Positions 18,979 to 29,130 of a stretch of 64,000 nucleotides of DNA are shown here, piece by piece. Each line of letters opens with the position of its first letter. Position 1 is the stretch's first letter. The translations under genes were made by a program, and so were the position numbers. The notes under the pieces are model-generated. The model had not been told where the DNA came from. It searched no databases and saw nothing but the letters and a program-made list of their open reading frames with translations. Origin of the DNA: Isosphaeraceae bacterium. GTDB lineage: Bacteria > Planctomycetota > Planctomycetia > Isosphaerales > Isosphaeraceae. The DNA lies in the NCBI GenBank assembly GCA_965201075.1, contig CBDAVP010000014.1:62001-126000 (forward strand), read 5' to 3'.

Positions 18979-19260
18979 CTAGGCCAGACTCCGGCCGTCC
19001 TCGTAGTGGTGATGCTCCAGCGAGGCCGACGTGAAACGCCCGATGAACTCGGGGCTCGCCTCGTGGGGCTTGCGGGGCTGGAAGAACTTTCCGCCGACGG
19101 CCCACTCGTATACGCCCGTATTCAGGGGATAAGCTGTCAGGGTGCCGGTCAGCCGGTGCTCTCCGATCCACCTCTCGGCCCGTTCCAGGTCGGCGAAGAT
19201 CCCGCTTGGAAAGCTGGACTTCGCTCCGTTGAAGACCCAGATGAACTCGACGTGATCCAT
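18979..19260 (-). CDS. Conserved hypothetical protein (DUF7710-like)
   Basis: WVFNG...FPSGIF...AERWI...LTGTLTAYP...YEWA...FTSAS.EHHHY. Confidence 0.65.
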   Translation of the reverse strand: MDHVEFIWVFNGAKSSFPSGIFADLERAERWIGEHRLTGTLTAYPLNTGVYEWAVGGKFFQPRKPHEASPEFIGRFTSASLEHHHYEDGRSLA

Positions 19261-19342
19261 GCGACGAGCGACCCCTCGGTTGCGGAGGGAGGGTGCTCTC
19301 TCCCTCCGCAATGTCCCCCGCCCATCGTATACCGCCTTCGAA

Positions 19343-20074
19343 CTACTCGGCGAGCAAGGGCTGACGTGCCCGCAGGGGCTCGGCATAGTCGGCGTCCGTC
19401 GGGAAGCGGCCCTGCCTGTCGGGCCAGAGGCACTGCAAGGCCGGGAAGTCGTCGCCGTTGTAGTACCAGCGGGCGTAGCCGAAATGCTCCGGGTAACGCC
19501 TGCGGGCGACATGGAGGAATCGGACGTCGTAGCCTTCGAGGATGCCCGAGGCGACCTGGCCGTCGGCGAACCGCCGCCCCCGCCCGACCTCCTCGCCGAC
19601 CGAGTTGATCATCCGGTGCATCAGATCCGGGTCGAGGCCGAAGACGATGATCTCCGGGTGCCCGAACGTGCGGGACAGCCCGATGCTGTAGGCGAGGGAC
19701 GGCCCCTCGCCATCCTCGGGGACCATGATGACGTGCCAGCCAACCCTCTCAATGTCCGAGACGAGCTTCCGCTCCCGGTCCTCCTCGGTCTCGGCCGGAG
19801 TCCTCTGCCATGGCTCACCGGGTCCGACACGCTCGGCGACCCAGCCGAGGGGGAGGTCGGCCAGTTCGAGGATGCCGGGGTCGATGCGGGCCATCTGCCG
19901 CAGGGAGACGAGGGACGCCTCCTCGACGGCGACCTCGCCGCCGTCCAGGAATTGCCAGCCGCCGTCGTCCTCGTCGTGCGTCGCCCGGAGGACAGGCGAC
20001 TCGCCCCGGACGATCCGCTTGAGCGTGAAGACGGCCAGATTCTCCGGGTCGCTGAATGGCCAGGCGTCTGCCAT
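19343..20074 (-). CDS. DUF2185-like + DUF4262 domain protein
   Basis: HDEDDGGWQFL...LADLPLGW.A.R; AYSIGL...HPEIIVFGL...LQCLWPD..GRFP. Confidence 0.75.
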   Translation of the reverse strand: MADAWPFSDPENLAVFTLKRIVRGESPVLRATHDEDDGGWQFLDGGEVAVEEASLVSLRQMARIDPGILELADLPLGWVAERVGPGEPWQRTPAETEEDRERKLVSDIERVGWHVIMVPEDGEGPSLAYSIGLSRTFGHPEIIVFGLDPDLMHRMINSVGEEVGRGRRFADGQVASGILEGYDVRFLHVARRRYPEHFGYARWYYNGDDFPALQCLWPDRQGRFPTDADYAEPLRARQPLLAE

Positions 20075-20114
20075 GGGGCTCCCTCTCGTGGGCAACGGGA
20101 CTCGGCCTCCTGCA

Positions 20115-20480
20115 TCACCCCCAGTCTACGTCCACGACCCTCGATTCGCCGGTCTCGTGGTCCCAGAACTCGACCTCGTCGGACCCGGCCCGCACGATGA
20201 GCAGGTCGCCGCCGCCGTCCTCGGCGATGGCGATGGCACCCTCGGGGAATCCGGCCCTCTCACGAGCCACCCGGGTCTCACGGACGACGTGGTTGGCCGT
20301 CCGTGCGACCCTCCTCCGGTCGGAGGCGTCGAAGACGGGGAAGAGCCGCCACATGTCGCCGAGAGCCCGGATCTCGCCGCCGTTCTCACGGTGAAGCCGG
20401 ACCCGCAGGTCCATCGGCAGCTTGCGACCGAGTTGGCGTTCGGCCTCGTGGATCAGGGCGACCTCGACGGGGAATGGCAT
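20115..20480 (-). CDS. SMI1/KNR4 (SUKH) immunity-like protein
   Basis: IHEAERQLGRKLP...NGG...AIAEDGGGD...WDHETG. Confidence 0.85.
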   Translation of the reverse strand: MPFPVEVALIHEAERQLGRKLPMDLRVRLHRENGGEIRALGDMWRLFPVFDASDRRRVARTANHVVRETRVARERAGFPEGAIAIAEDGGGDLLIVRAGSDEVEFWDHETGESRVVDVDWG

Positions 20481-20694
20481 CCGATGCGACCCCGCAGAGG
20501 CTGAAGATGACGATCCGGCTCTCGGCCAACCAGGCCGGTGGCTCGTGGAGCGGGAAGATGAGGGCACGGTTGATGGTGCCTGATACTGGCGGGCCGCCGT
20601 CGGGCTCGATCACGAAGAGGTGTGTCCGGCCTTCCCCATCGGCCTGACCCCGGCCTCCGGGACGGGTGATTCATGCTCGATACCCGAAGGCCAT

Positions 20695-21549
20695 TCACCC
20701 CCACCGCACCGGGTTGCCCGTCTCGACCGACGCCCGGAAGGCCCGCTCCAGCGGCCCCAGGAGATACTCGAAATCGGACGAGTGGACTGCCCGGCCCTCG
20801 ACATGGAGCGTGGCCGTGTAGCGGAAGCGGAACCGGCCCCGGTCATCCTGCATCCGGCCGTCCGGCCAGGGGATCGTGTCGTCGGGCACGGCGAACCGGC
20901 ACTCGAACTCCCTGCCAGAGTCGAGGTCGGCGTACACGACCCGCCAGGGTCCGGGGCCGTCGGGGTCGGCGTCGAGGATCTCCTGCCGGAACCGGGCCGA
21001 CCGGAACAGATCGAGCTTGCCCTCGCCCGTCCTGATGAAGAAGCCGTCACCGTCGATCCCCGCTTCGAGCCCGGAACTCCCATTGAAGATGAAGACGCCG
21101 CCATAGGCACCGACATGCTTCATCACGGCCTCGCCGGTCGCCGTGTCCACCAGGCAGGGGTTCGTGCCGATCCCGCCCAGCCTGCGGAACAGCGTCAACT
21201 CCCCGAGGGCGAGCGCTGACTCGGGCGCTTCCGTCCGGCCGCCGTTGGCGTCGGGCAACTCGCCACGCAGGACGGGGAATTTGTCCCACCCGGCCTCGGC
21301 CAACGACTGCTGGAAGAGCCGATAGCCCGACCAGTTGGCGATGTGTTCCGAGGCGTATCGCAGGTCCGGGTCGCCGCAGCAGCCCTGCATCCAGTCGTAG
21401 ACTTCGGCGAACGCCTCATCCGAGTCGTGCTCCGGCTTCAGGTTGAGGTATCCCTCCTCGTCGACGTGGAGCCAGTCCCGAGGTACGGGCGGCTCAGTCG
21501 TCAACCCCGACCGGAAGCAGTCGCACTTCACCGAGGCGTCGAGGCCCAT
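20695..21549 (-). CDS. Hypothetical protein
   Basis: 284 aa, MGLDASVKCDC...ASVETGNPVRW. Confidence 0.7.
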   Translation of the reverse strand: MGLDASVKCDCFRSGLTTEPPVPRDWLHVDEEGYLNLKPEHDSDEAFAEVYDWMQGCCGDPDLRYASEHIANWSGYRLFQQSLAEAGWDKFPVLRGELPDANGGRTEAPESALALGELTLFRRLGGIGTNPCLVDTATGEAVMKHVGAYGGVFIFNGSSGLEAGIDGDGFFIRTGEGKLDLFRSARFRQEILDADPDGPGPWRVVYADLDSGREFECRFAVPDDTIPWPDGRMQDDRGRFRFRYTATLHVEGRAVHSSDFEYLLGPLERAFRASVETGNPVRWG

Positions 21550-21579
21550 GGAGGACGTGTCCCTATCGTCATCGGGTGG

Positions 21580-21924
21580 TCAAGCCGGCCCGTCCAGCCA
21601 ATCGTCAGACACGCCACCTTCCCCCAGGATCGATGGCCCGGCAGCCCTGCACCCCATGCCCCGCAAGATATCGAAGATCGAGCCCAGGGCCACCAGGGCG
21701 AGGGCGATCGAGCCGAAGAGCAGCATGAACACAGCCGAGATGACCAGGGCGCCGAGCACCCCGTCGGTCCCGCCCAGGAACGACCCGATCACGACCGAGG
21801 TGGGGATGGAGGCCAGCGTCATGATCGAGCAGAAGGCGGCGACTTGCATCGCCCCCCAGCGGCCGACGCCGAGGTCTCGGGTCTTCTGGGGCAACTTCGA
21901 GGGGCTCGCTCCGGGGCCTTCCAT
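21580..21924 (-). CDS. Small membrane protein
   Basis: Two hydrophobic segments. Confidence 0.5.
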   Translation of the reverse strand: MEGPGASPSKLPQKTRDLGVGRWGAMQVAAFCSIMTLASIPTSVVIGSFLGGTDGVLGALVISAVFMLLFGSIALALVALGSIFDILRGMGCRAAGPSILGEGGVSDDWLDGPA

Positions 21925-21988
21925 CGAGATGTCTCCTGCACTGCCACCGACGGGCGATCAGCAGGGGGTCGGCGAGAGGCTCGGGCGA

Positions 21989-23029
21989 TCAGGCCGTCAA
22001 GACGTCCCAACGCTTCGCATAGCGGAGGATGCCCTCGGCCAGGTCCCGGTTCGCCCCGGCCCACAGATCGTCGAAGATGACCCACTGGTGATAGACGTCC
22101 CGGCCGAAGAATTCCCCGACGTGGATGCATAGCTGGGCGAGGTGGTCCGAAGCCCCGACGATCGACTTCGAGGGGTCGTGGTCCAGGTGGACGCCCTTCA
22201 AGGACTCCAAGCCCCGTTCCACCCGGTCCCGTGCCTGCTCGACGGACTCCCCGACCGGGGGCCCGCCTGGGTCCATTTCGCCGATGCGGAGGACCGGGAG
22301 GCGGGCGACCCGTCCCAGCGCCGCAGCGATCCGCTCACCCTCCGGCTCGTCGAGCCTTAGCTGCGAGCGTAGCAAGTTCAACTCGAACGGCCAGGACTCG
22401 TCGGGGGTGGTGGCCTCAAGATATCCGGCCAACTGCGGGAGGCGGACCCCCTCGATCCGGCACGGACCGCCGAATTCCTCCAGGTCAGTCAACCCGCCCG
22501 AGTCGTAGAAGGCGAGGAATGCCAGGTAGATCGTCCCCTCGCTCGTCCCTGGCGGCTTCAACTTCTTCAAGGGGAAGCTCGGGGCGAGTGACGTCTCGCC
22601 GCTCGTTGCCGGCAGCCTCCAGCCCTCGTGAAGCAGGTAGGCTGCCCGGCCCGGATGGGCGACGAGATAATGGTCATCGAAGAGGTAGTAGGCCAGTTCG
22701 ATCTCGTCGTCGTCCGTGAGCACTTGCAGGGCGTGCGGCCTGAACTTGACCTCGCCCTCGGCGTAGAGGTGCTCCTCCAGGTAGGACTTGAGCATCCGGT
22801 CGCTCGTGGGTGGCGACAGCGAATGATCCCGAGCGGCTTCGAAGATCGAGGCGAAGCCGTAAACGGAAGTGCCGAGTTCGGCTTCGACCCAGGCGGCGAC
22901 GTCCTCGGCCTCCTTCGCCCGCTCCCAAACGCCCCGGAACCAGCCAAGGGCAGATTCGGCGTCGAAGGCACGGACATGCTTGCCCGAGGGTCCCTCGTAG
23001 TGGCTGCGGTAGACGAAGTAGACGCTCAC
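21989..23029 (-). CDS. Hypothetical protein
   Basis: 346-aa ORF with normal composition. Confidence 0.75.
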   Translation of the reverse strand: MSVYFVYRSHYEGPSGKHVRAFDAESALGWFRGVWERAKEAEDVAAWVEAELGTSVYGFASIFEAARDHSLSPPTSDRMLKSYLEEHLYAEGEVKFRPHALQVLTDDDEIELAYYLFDDHYLVAHPGRAAYLLHEGWRLPATSGETSLAPSFPLKKLKPPGTSEGTIYLAFLAFYDSGGLTDLEEFGGPCRIEGVRLPQLAGYLEATTPDESWPFELNLLRSQLRLDEPEGERIAAALGRVARLPVLRIGEMDPGGPPVGESVEQARDRVERGLESLKGVHLDHDPSKSIVGASDHLAQLCIHVGEFFGRDVYHQWVIFDDLWAGANRDLAEGILRYAKRWDVLTA

Positions 23030-23270
23030 GGGTGGGGCCTCGGGATGCTCTAGGACGCTAGTCGCCAGAATCGATCCGACCTATCCGCTCAAGCATGACT
23101 TCCCGGGCGACTTCGGCGTGCTTGCTCACGCATTTCGACCGATCACGGACCCTTCAACCCTCTCGGACCGCCGATGTCGATATGCCCGACCCCGGCTTAT
23201 TGCGTCGGCGGGAGGCCGACGCCATCGTAGCCTAGGGCCTGGTCATCGGGTTGGAAAGGGGGAGGTTGGC

Positions 23271-24530
23271 ATGCCACGGGTCTGCGTCCACCTGGACCGG
23301 GCGACGGACTGGGATTACGCCCAGTATTTCGGCGGTGCCGGCCTCGAATACGCCCTGATCTGCACGGACTGTCGTGACCAACCCGAGGAGATCGGGGCCA
23401 ATTTACGAGAAATCTCGCCCGAGCGATTCGCCCGGATCGAAGAGGACGGCCACTGGGAATGGGACAGGAACGCCATCATCGGGCGACCGCAAGTCCTGGA
23501 GCGGCCCTCCGACCTGTCGTTCCGGCACGAGGACGTCCCCCTTGCCGGGCCGATTCCCGCACCGATCGCCGACCTCAGGCCCATCCCCGCTTCCGATCGG
23601 GCCGAGTTCCTGGTGCTGGCCGAGGACGGCGAACTCCTCCGGGTCGATCCGGCCGACGGCGGAATCCGGCGACTGATGAACGTCTTCGATGCGGGCCTGT
23701 CCCCCGGCCCGAAGTGGATGCTTCATGTCTCGCCCGGTGGCGAGGTGGCGGCGGTCGTGGAGGCACGGGGGCGATACGGGGTCGTCCTCGACCTGGAGGA
23801 GGGGCGGGCGACGATGCGGCTGGACCGGGGCGACTACCACAATGAGCATACGGACTTCCCGGCGGCCTTCTGCGTGACCGACGGCCGGCTGCTCCTGGTC
23901 CACGGGACCGATTGGAACCGGCTGGACGCCTCGGACCCCAGGACGGGCGAGTTGCTCACCGGCCGGTCGCCGACTTCTTACCGCACGGGCGAGGAGAGGC
24001 CCGAGCACTACCTCGACTATTTCCATGGCGGGCTGGCCGTGTCGCCGGGCGGGGCGCATGTCGTGGACAACGGCTGGGTCTGGCACCCCGTTGGGGTCGT
24101 GACCTCCTGGAGCCTTCGCCGCTGGGTCGGGGCGAACCCCTGGGAGTCGGAGGACGGGCCATCGAAGCGAGCCCTCTGCCAGCGGGCCTACTTCTGGGGC
24201 GGCCCGCTGTGCTGGATCGACGGGCGGACGGTGGCCATCTGGGGCTACGGCAACGACGACGAGAACCTCATCCCCGCCGCCCTGCTGTTCGACGCCGAGA
24301 CGGGCCGGCGGCTGCGTTGGTTCGCCGGCCCGGTCGGCTCGTTCGCCTTCGACCGTTATCTCTTCTCGCACTCGGCCGACTCGGGCACGTCTGTCTGGGA
24401 CGTCGGCACGGGGGAGAGGCTGCTCCACGACGCCTCGTTCCGCCCTACGACGTACCACCCCGGGGCCGGGGAGTTCGTCACCCTGTTGGGGGACGGGCGT
24501 CTTCGCCTGAGCCGGCTCGTGGGCGAGTGA
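23271..24530 (+). CDS. Hypothetical beta-rich (propeller-like) protein
   Basis: GGAGG RBS; repeated SPGG, WDVGTG and FDAETG strands. Confidence 0.7.
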   Translation: MPRVCVHLDRATDWDYAQYFGGAGLEYALICTDCRDQPEEIGANLREISPERFARIEEDGHWEWDRNAIIGRPQVLERPSDLSFRHEDVPLAGPIPAPIADLRPIPASDRAEFLVLAEDGELLRVDPADGGIRRLMNVFDAGLSPGPKWMLHVSPGGEVAAVVEARGRYGVVLDLEEGRATMRLDRGDYHNEHTDFPAAFCVTDGRLLLVHGTDWNRLDASDPRTGELLTGRSPTSYRTGEERPEHYLDYFHGGLAVSPGGAHVVDNGWVWHPVGVVTSWSLRRWVGANPWESEDGPSKRALCQRAYFWGGPLCWIDGRTVAIWGYGNDDENLIPAALLFDAETGRRLRWFAGPVGSFAFDRYLFSHSADSGTSVWDVGTGERLLHDASFRPTTYHPGAGEFVTLLGDGRLRLSRLVGE

Positions 24531-24649
24531 TGGGATAAATCCGGGTCCGCTTCTGAGGTTTTCGCCATGTCCTACTCTATATAAAAAGAGGAGGGCAGGT
24601 CACGACGCCCGCCCTCCTCAAACGAAACAAACAACTCAAAGGTATAGTA

Positions 24650-26209
24650 GTGCCCCAGCCCCCCAAAAAGACCCGTAAAAATCAAAATATCCGCACCTGG
24701 ATTCGCCAGAGGACCTCGCCGTACGACTTCGGCGTCAAGGTACAGGCCGGGAACCCCGCCCACGTTAACAAGAATGACGATATTAAATACCACGTCGCAT
24801 GCCTGAAATCGGGCTGGTACGGTCGTCGGTTGTCCCGGCTCAAGAATGCCGACATGTCCGACCACTTCTCCGGGCAGAAGACATATTACTTCACCGCCGA
24901 CGGGCGATCAGCCACACCAGAGGTCCTGGTCAACATCGACATCGATTGTCACGGGTCGGGCAGCCTAGCCGGGGCCATCGCCTTCGCCGAGCACCTTCGG
25001 AGCACCAAATTCCCGGACCTTTACTTCGAGGCCAGCACCAACGGCAACGGCGTTCACGGCTATCTCCTCGTCCAGAAGGGCGACCTGGGCGATGAGGGCC
25101 TGAACTCAGCATTGTCCAGGTTGGACAAGTGGCTGAAGGCCGAGTTGGCTCGTGGAAAATGGGACGTGGAGAACGTAGAGGTCAAGGGCCAATCGCCCGA
25201 ATTCACCTGGGGGCGGGCCAAGTACGAACTCCAATCGTACAAGAGCGGCCAACTCGCCAAGCTGCCAAGGGAGGCGTCGGTCAGGGCCGACGAGCTTCGG
25301 GGCACGACCAGGATCAAGGTCGGAGAGTTGAGGAGGCTGCAGGTGCCTACGGTCAACGAGCCGGTTGACTCAGTTGTCCGCCAGGCCGAGAAGGGGAAGA
25401 GGAAGTCGGTTGTCTCGGTTCAGGAAAGTGATAACTGGGGCGGGGTGGCGTCGGTTGTCTCCGAGAAAGCCAAGGAAACGAATAGCGGCTCGATCGCAGG
25501 GCGTCACTTCGGGCCGGAGGAGTTGGCCAAGCTCGGCGGCGGATATCTGACCTTGGCGAAGGGGTTGCTCGGCGGGGTGAAGCTCGTCGCCACGGGCCGG
25601 AGGGTCGTCACCGAGGAGGATATGGCGATCTTCCTGATGATCTTGCGGTTCTTCAGCCTGAATATGAACGCCGATGGCTCATTGCCAGTGGCCAGGTGGC
25701 GGGAGATGTGGAAGGCATTGTTCGGGGCAGATGACGTGAATAGGGCCTGGTGCCACCACAGGTTCGCTCGCATAAGGCACTTACTGAGCGACAAGGACTT
25801 GTTGTCCTGGCAGGACGAGAGCTTCGTTATCGGCGTGTACGTAAAGGACGGGCGGTTCGTGCCGGGCAGGGCTGCGAAGTGGAAGGGCAGCGTGGAGTTG
25901 ATGGCGATGATGGATGCGGCAAGCGAGCAAGTGGTCGAAGTTGTTGCAAGTGTTGATGTTGAAGAGAAGGAAGAAGGAGGAAGCACCCTTTATGGGCACA
26001 ACCAAACTCACCATGACATTGAGCATGCTGAGATCGAGATGTTAGACACCTTAATCACCCAACAGACGGTCAACGAGCTGCCTCCAGCCACAGGACCGGG
26101 ACAATCGACGTCGTTCGACATCCTCTTCGAGAGTCTCGGCCTCTGGAGTCCGGTCCCCAGGCCAAGGTTTGCGGGCTACAGCACGGGGCCTTATCGGATG
26201 GCGGCGTGA
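24650..26209 (+). CDS. AEP-superfamily primase-like / Rep protein
   Basis: VNIDIDC (motif I, DxD) and EASTNGNGVHGY (motif II); basic helical C-terminal region. Confidence 0.6.
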   Translation: MPQPPKKTRKNQNIRTWIRQRTSPYDFGVKVQAGNPAHVNKNDDIKYHVACLKSGWYGRRLSRLKNADMSDHFSGQKTYYFTADGRSATPEVLVNIDIDCHGSGSLAGAIAFAEHLRSTKFPDLYFEASTNGNGVHGYLLVQKGDLGDEGLNSALSRLDKWLKAELARGKWDVENVEVKGQSPEFTWGRAKYELQSYKSGQLAKLPREASVRADELRGTTRIKVGELRRLQVPTVNEPVDSVVRQAEKGKRKSVVSVQESDNWGGVASVVSEKAKETNSGSIAGRHFGPEELAKLGGGYLTLAKGLLGGVKLVATGRRVVTEEDMAIFLMILRFFSLNMNADGSLPVARWREMWKALFGADDVNRAWCHHRFARIRHLLSDKDLLSWQDESFVIGVYVKDGRFVPGRAAKWKGSVELMAMMDAASEQVVEVVASVDVEEKEEGGSTLYGHNQTHHDIEHAEIEMLDTLITQQTVNELPPATGPGQSTSFDILFESLGLWSPVPRPRFAGYSTGPYRMAA

Positions 26210-26332
26210 GAGATCCGCTCTCAGGGCCGCAGGTACTCAAATGTGATTTGAGGAAGATAATCGACTTGGACTTTCGTGCGACCTGAGCAGGGCTCGAACG
26301 GCACTTCGGCTCCGTTTTCCAATAGCGGCTGC

Positions 26333-26338
26333 TATATA
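26333..26338 (+). promoter_or_regulatory. TATATA box 4 nt before ATG (phage late-promoter-like)
   Basis: gcTATATAccgcATG. Confidence 0.5.
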
Positions 26339-26342
26339 CCGC

Positions 26343-26567
26343 ATGCTGAGTTTCTTTGAGTATATCGCCCAGAGCCGCAGGATGGCCCTGCCCGACGCCC
26401 ACACGATGTTGGCGATGTCGGGCATCGACCTCGATTCGCCCAATGAAGAAGAGACACAACGGCTTCTCAACAGGCAGAGGAAGCGGCAGCCGATCGGCGT
26501 CAAGGCTCACAAGACAATCATCCCACTCGACAGCCAGCCTTTGAGGCAGGCTAGGAAGAGGTTCTGA
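26343..26567 (+). CDS. Small hypothetical protein, N-terminus MLSFFEYIAQ
   Basis: 74-aa ORF directly after the TATATA box. Confidence 0.6.
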   Translation: MLSFFEYIAQSRRMALPDAHTMLAMSGIDLDSPNEEETQRLLNRQRKRQPIGVKAHKTIIPLDSQPLRQARKRF

Positions 26568-26744
26568 TCAGGCTGGCTCTGGTCATCCGCCTGGACAGTG
26601 ATGCCCGGCCCATCCCTAGCCAGGGCCGATGGGATCGCCCCTCACCCGCCGTGGGGATGGGCAGCAACGAAGGGTCAGGGTATCCTCTCCCCGGAGTGGG
26701 CCGGACCGTGTGGCCGAGGCTCCGATGCACCCCGAGGCTTGGCG

Positions 26745-27437
26745 ATGGGCGGATCGAGGCCGAGAGTCGTTCTCTCGTGGAGTTCGGGCAAGGATAGTGC
26801 GTGGGCCCTCCACCTGCTCCGTCGGAGGGGCGACGTCGAGGTCGTCGGGCTCCTGACGACCTTCAACGAGGCGGCAGATCGGGTGGCGATGCACGCCGTC
26901 CGTCGGGAACTGGTCGAGGCCCAGGCGGCGGCTGCGGGCCTGCCCCTCGACCCGGTGATGCTCCCCCACCCCTGCACGAACGAGGTCTATGGGTCACGGA
27001 TGAAGGCGGCAATCGCCCAGTCGAAGGGCCGGGGCGTCACCCACATGGCCTTCGGCGACCTCTTCCTGGAAGACGTCCGGGCCTACCGGGCCCGGCTCCT
27101 GGAGGGCACGGGGATCGAGCCGCTCTTCCCGGTCTGGGCCTCGGCCGGGGAGACGCCGGCCCTGGCCAGGAGGATGCTGGCCGGCGGCCTGAAGGCCGTC
27201 GTGACCTGCGTGGACCCGAGCCAGCTTGGCGAGTCGTTCCTGGGCCGGCAGTTCGACGAGGGCTTCCTGGATGACCTGCCCACCGGGATCGATCCTTGCG
27301 GCGAGAGGGGGGAGTTCCACACCTTCTGCTACGCCTGCACCGAGTTCTCGTCGGAGATCCGGGTGGAGGTCGGCGAGTCCGTCCATCGGGACGGCTTCTG
27401 GTTCGCCGACCTGCGGCGGCCCAATCCTCCGGCGTGA
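26745..27437 (+). CDS. PP-loop ATPase (diphthine-ammonia ligase / MJ0570-like)
   Basis: SWSSGKDS, FGDLFLED, DPCGERGEFHTF. Confidence 0.88.
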   Translation: MGGSRPRVVLSWSSGKDSAWALHLLRRRGDVEVVGLLTTFNEAADRVAMHAVRRELVEAQAAAAGLPLDPVMLPHPCTNEVYGSRMKAAIAQSKGRGVTHMAFGDLFLEDVRAYRARLLEGTGIEPLFPVWASAGETPALARRMLAGGLKAVVTCVDPSQLGESFLGRQFDEGFLDDLPTGIDPCGERGEFHTFCYACTEFSSEIRVEVGESVHRDGFWFADLRRPNPPA

Positions 27438-27589
27438 AGAGGCCCCCCACGATCGGTTACTGTAGGTCCGAATGCCCGACCTGCGTCACGGTGACGGACG
27501 ACCGAGGACCGATTGATGGGCAGCGGCCGGCGATATCGCAGGGAGGATCGGTCACGGCGGGTCGGAGCAAGTCGAGGCCGACGATAGCC

Positions 27590-27958
27590 CTACCAGCCAT
27601 CCTCTCCGGTTCCGGGTAGGTCGAGGAATTTGGCCCATCGCCGGTGCTGGAACTTTGCTTGACTCTCCCTCGAAGACGGGTCGAGCGAGGCCCTGGCCGC
27701 CTCATAGTTGTCCCGGAACCAGGCCATGAAGCCGGGGTGGACCTCTAGGACGTGGTACGGCGGCCATTCCGTGGGCACGATGAGCCCGAGGTCGGGCACG
27801 GGTTCGGACGACCAGGACCGCACCACTTCCTGGTCGTCCTCGTCAAAATCGAGTGACGACCCCTCTTGCCAGAACGACCAGGACCCGTCGGCGAGAAGGC
27901 CGTAGATCGAGCAGTCGCCGCCCTCCACGCCCACCTTGGCCACCAGCACTTTCTCCAT
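27590..27958 (-). CDS. Hypothetical protein
   Basis: 122-aa ORF with GGAGG upstream. Confidence 0.6.
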   Translation of the reverse strand: MEKVLVAKVGVEGGDCSIYGLLADGSWSFWQEGSSLDFDEDDQEVVRSWSSEPVPDLGLIVPTEWPPYHVLEVHPGFMAWFRDNYEAARASLDPSSRESQAKFQHRRWAKFLDLPGTGEDGW

Positions 27959-28218
27959 GAGACGAGCCCTCCTGTCGCCGTACGTGATCCATGGACGGAT
28001 GTGTTCGGAGCCCGGCCAGTCACCATGGGCCGATGAGCCGTCTCGGAGGACGACTAATCCTGGCCGGGCCGGACCGAAAGGGAGATTGCATCCAATCGGA
28101 CATTTTAATAGCGGAGCTATGCTTTTACTATTAGAATCCGATTGGCCGATTCGGGCCGCCGGGGCTCCGACGTGCGACCAAGGCGTAGTCCGCTAGGCCC
28201 GATTCGTGAGCGGGGATC

Positions 28219-29130
28219 ATGGACCGAAGGAAGATCGTCTACGCAATCGCCGGCCTCACGGCCGCCTCGGGGCTCGGACTGCTTACTTACTGCGCCATCC
28301 GCATCGGCTCGCTCGAAGACCGGCTGGCTCGCCTAGAGGGCACGGGCGAGGCTAGGATTGCCGAAGTGGCGAGGAATCTCAACGACGTCCGGGGCCAAGT
28401 CCAGATCGTCATCTCGAAGCTGAGGTCCGAGAGCGACGGGCTGGTCGATGAGCCCGGCCCCGACGAGCACCTCCGGTTCGCCACGGTCGCAGACGCCGAG
28501 GCTGAAATCAGGAAGCTGGGCGACAAGCCGGCGGCGGAACGGCTGGCCGGTACGCTCACGGCGATCGACGAGTGGCTCATCCGGCCGGGTGAGGAGGACC
28601 AGTTCAAGAAGGTCAGGCTCGGACACCTTGACCGGCTCCGCAAGCTGGTCAAGGAAGAGGTGGAGAAGCACCAAGAGGCGGCACTGAAGGCGGCGAGCGG
28701 CGGCGAGGGTGCCAAGGAGCATGCCGAGGCCGGGGCCATCCTGGTGCTTTACCCGATGTCCGACGTGCCGAACGTAGTCGAGGAGGCGAAGTCGCTCGCC
28801 GGGCGGCAGTCCGAGTTGGTCGGCCGGCTGGAAGCGATCCGCCGCCAACGCTACAACCGATGGGCGGCGGGCCAGGTCGAGGCCGCCCTGGACTACTTCA
28901 ATGCCAACGTCAGCCATTACAACCCATTCAACGACAACGCCGTCCTGATCGGATCCCTCGTAAACAATCTAGGCAATGTCGATCCGGTCATGCTGGAGCC
29001 GTCCGTGCTCGAACTGTACAACTACGTGATCGAGCGGACCAAGGGCAGCATCTCCGAGAAGAACAAGGTGGAACTCGCCAAGAGGCTGACCGACCCTGCC
29101 GTCCGGCGCAAGGCCCTGGGGGACTTCTGA
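28219..29130 (+). CDS. Membrane-anchored helical hypothetical protein
   Basis: N-terminal TM segment, coiled-coil-like body. Confidence 0.7.
   Translation: MDRRKIVYAIAGLTAASGLGLLTYCAIRIGSLEDRLARLEGTGEARIAEVARNLNDVRGQVQIVISKLRSESDGLVDEPGPDEHLRFATVADAEAEIRKLGDKPAAERLAGTLTAIDEWLIRPGEEDQFKKVRLGHLDRLRKLVKEEVEKHQEAALKAASGGEGAKEHAEAGAILVLYPMSDVPNVVEEAKSLAGRQSELVGRLEAIRRQRYNRWAAGQVEAALDYFNANVSHYNPFNDNAVLIGSLVNNLGNVDPVMLEPSVLELYNYVIERTKGSISEKNKVELAKRLTDPAVRRKALGDF

Noticed and set aside
7109..26567. Prophage
   Set aside because: No terminase, capsid, tail or lysis genes; the phage-like genes are isolated.
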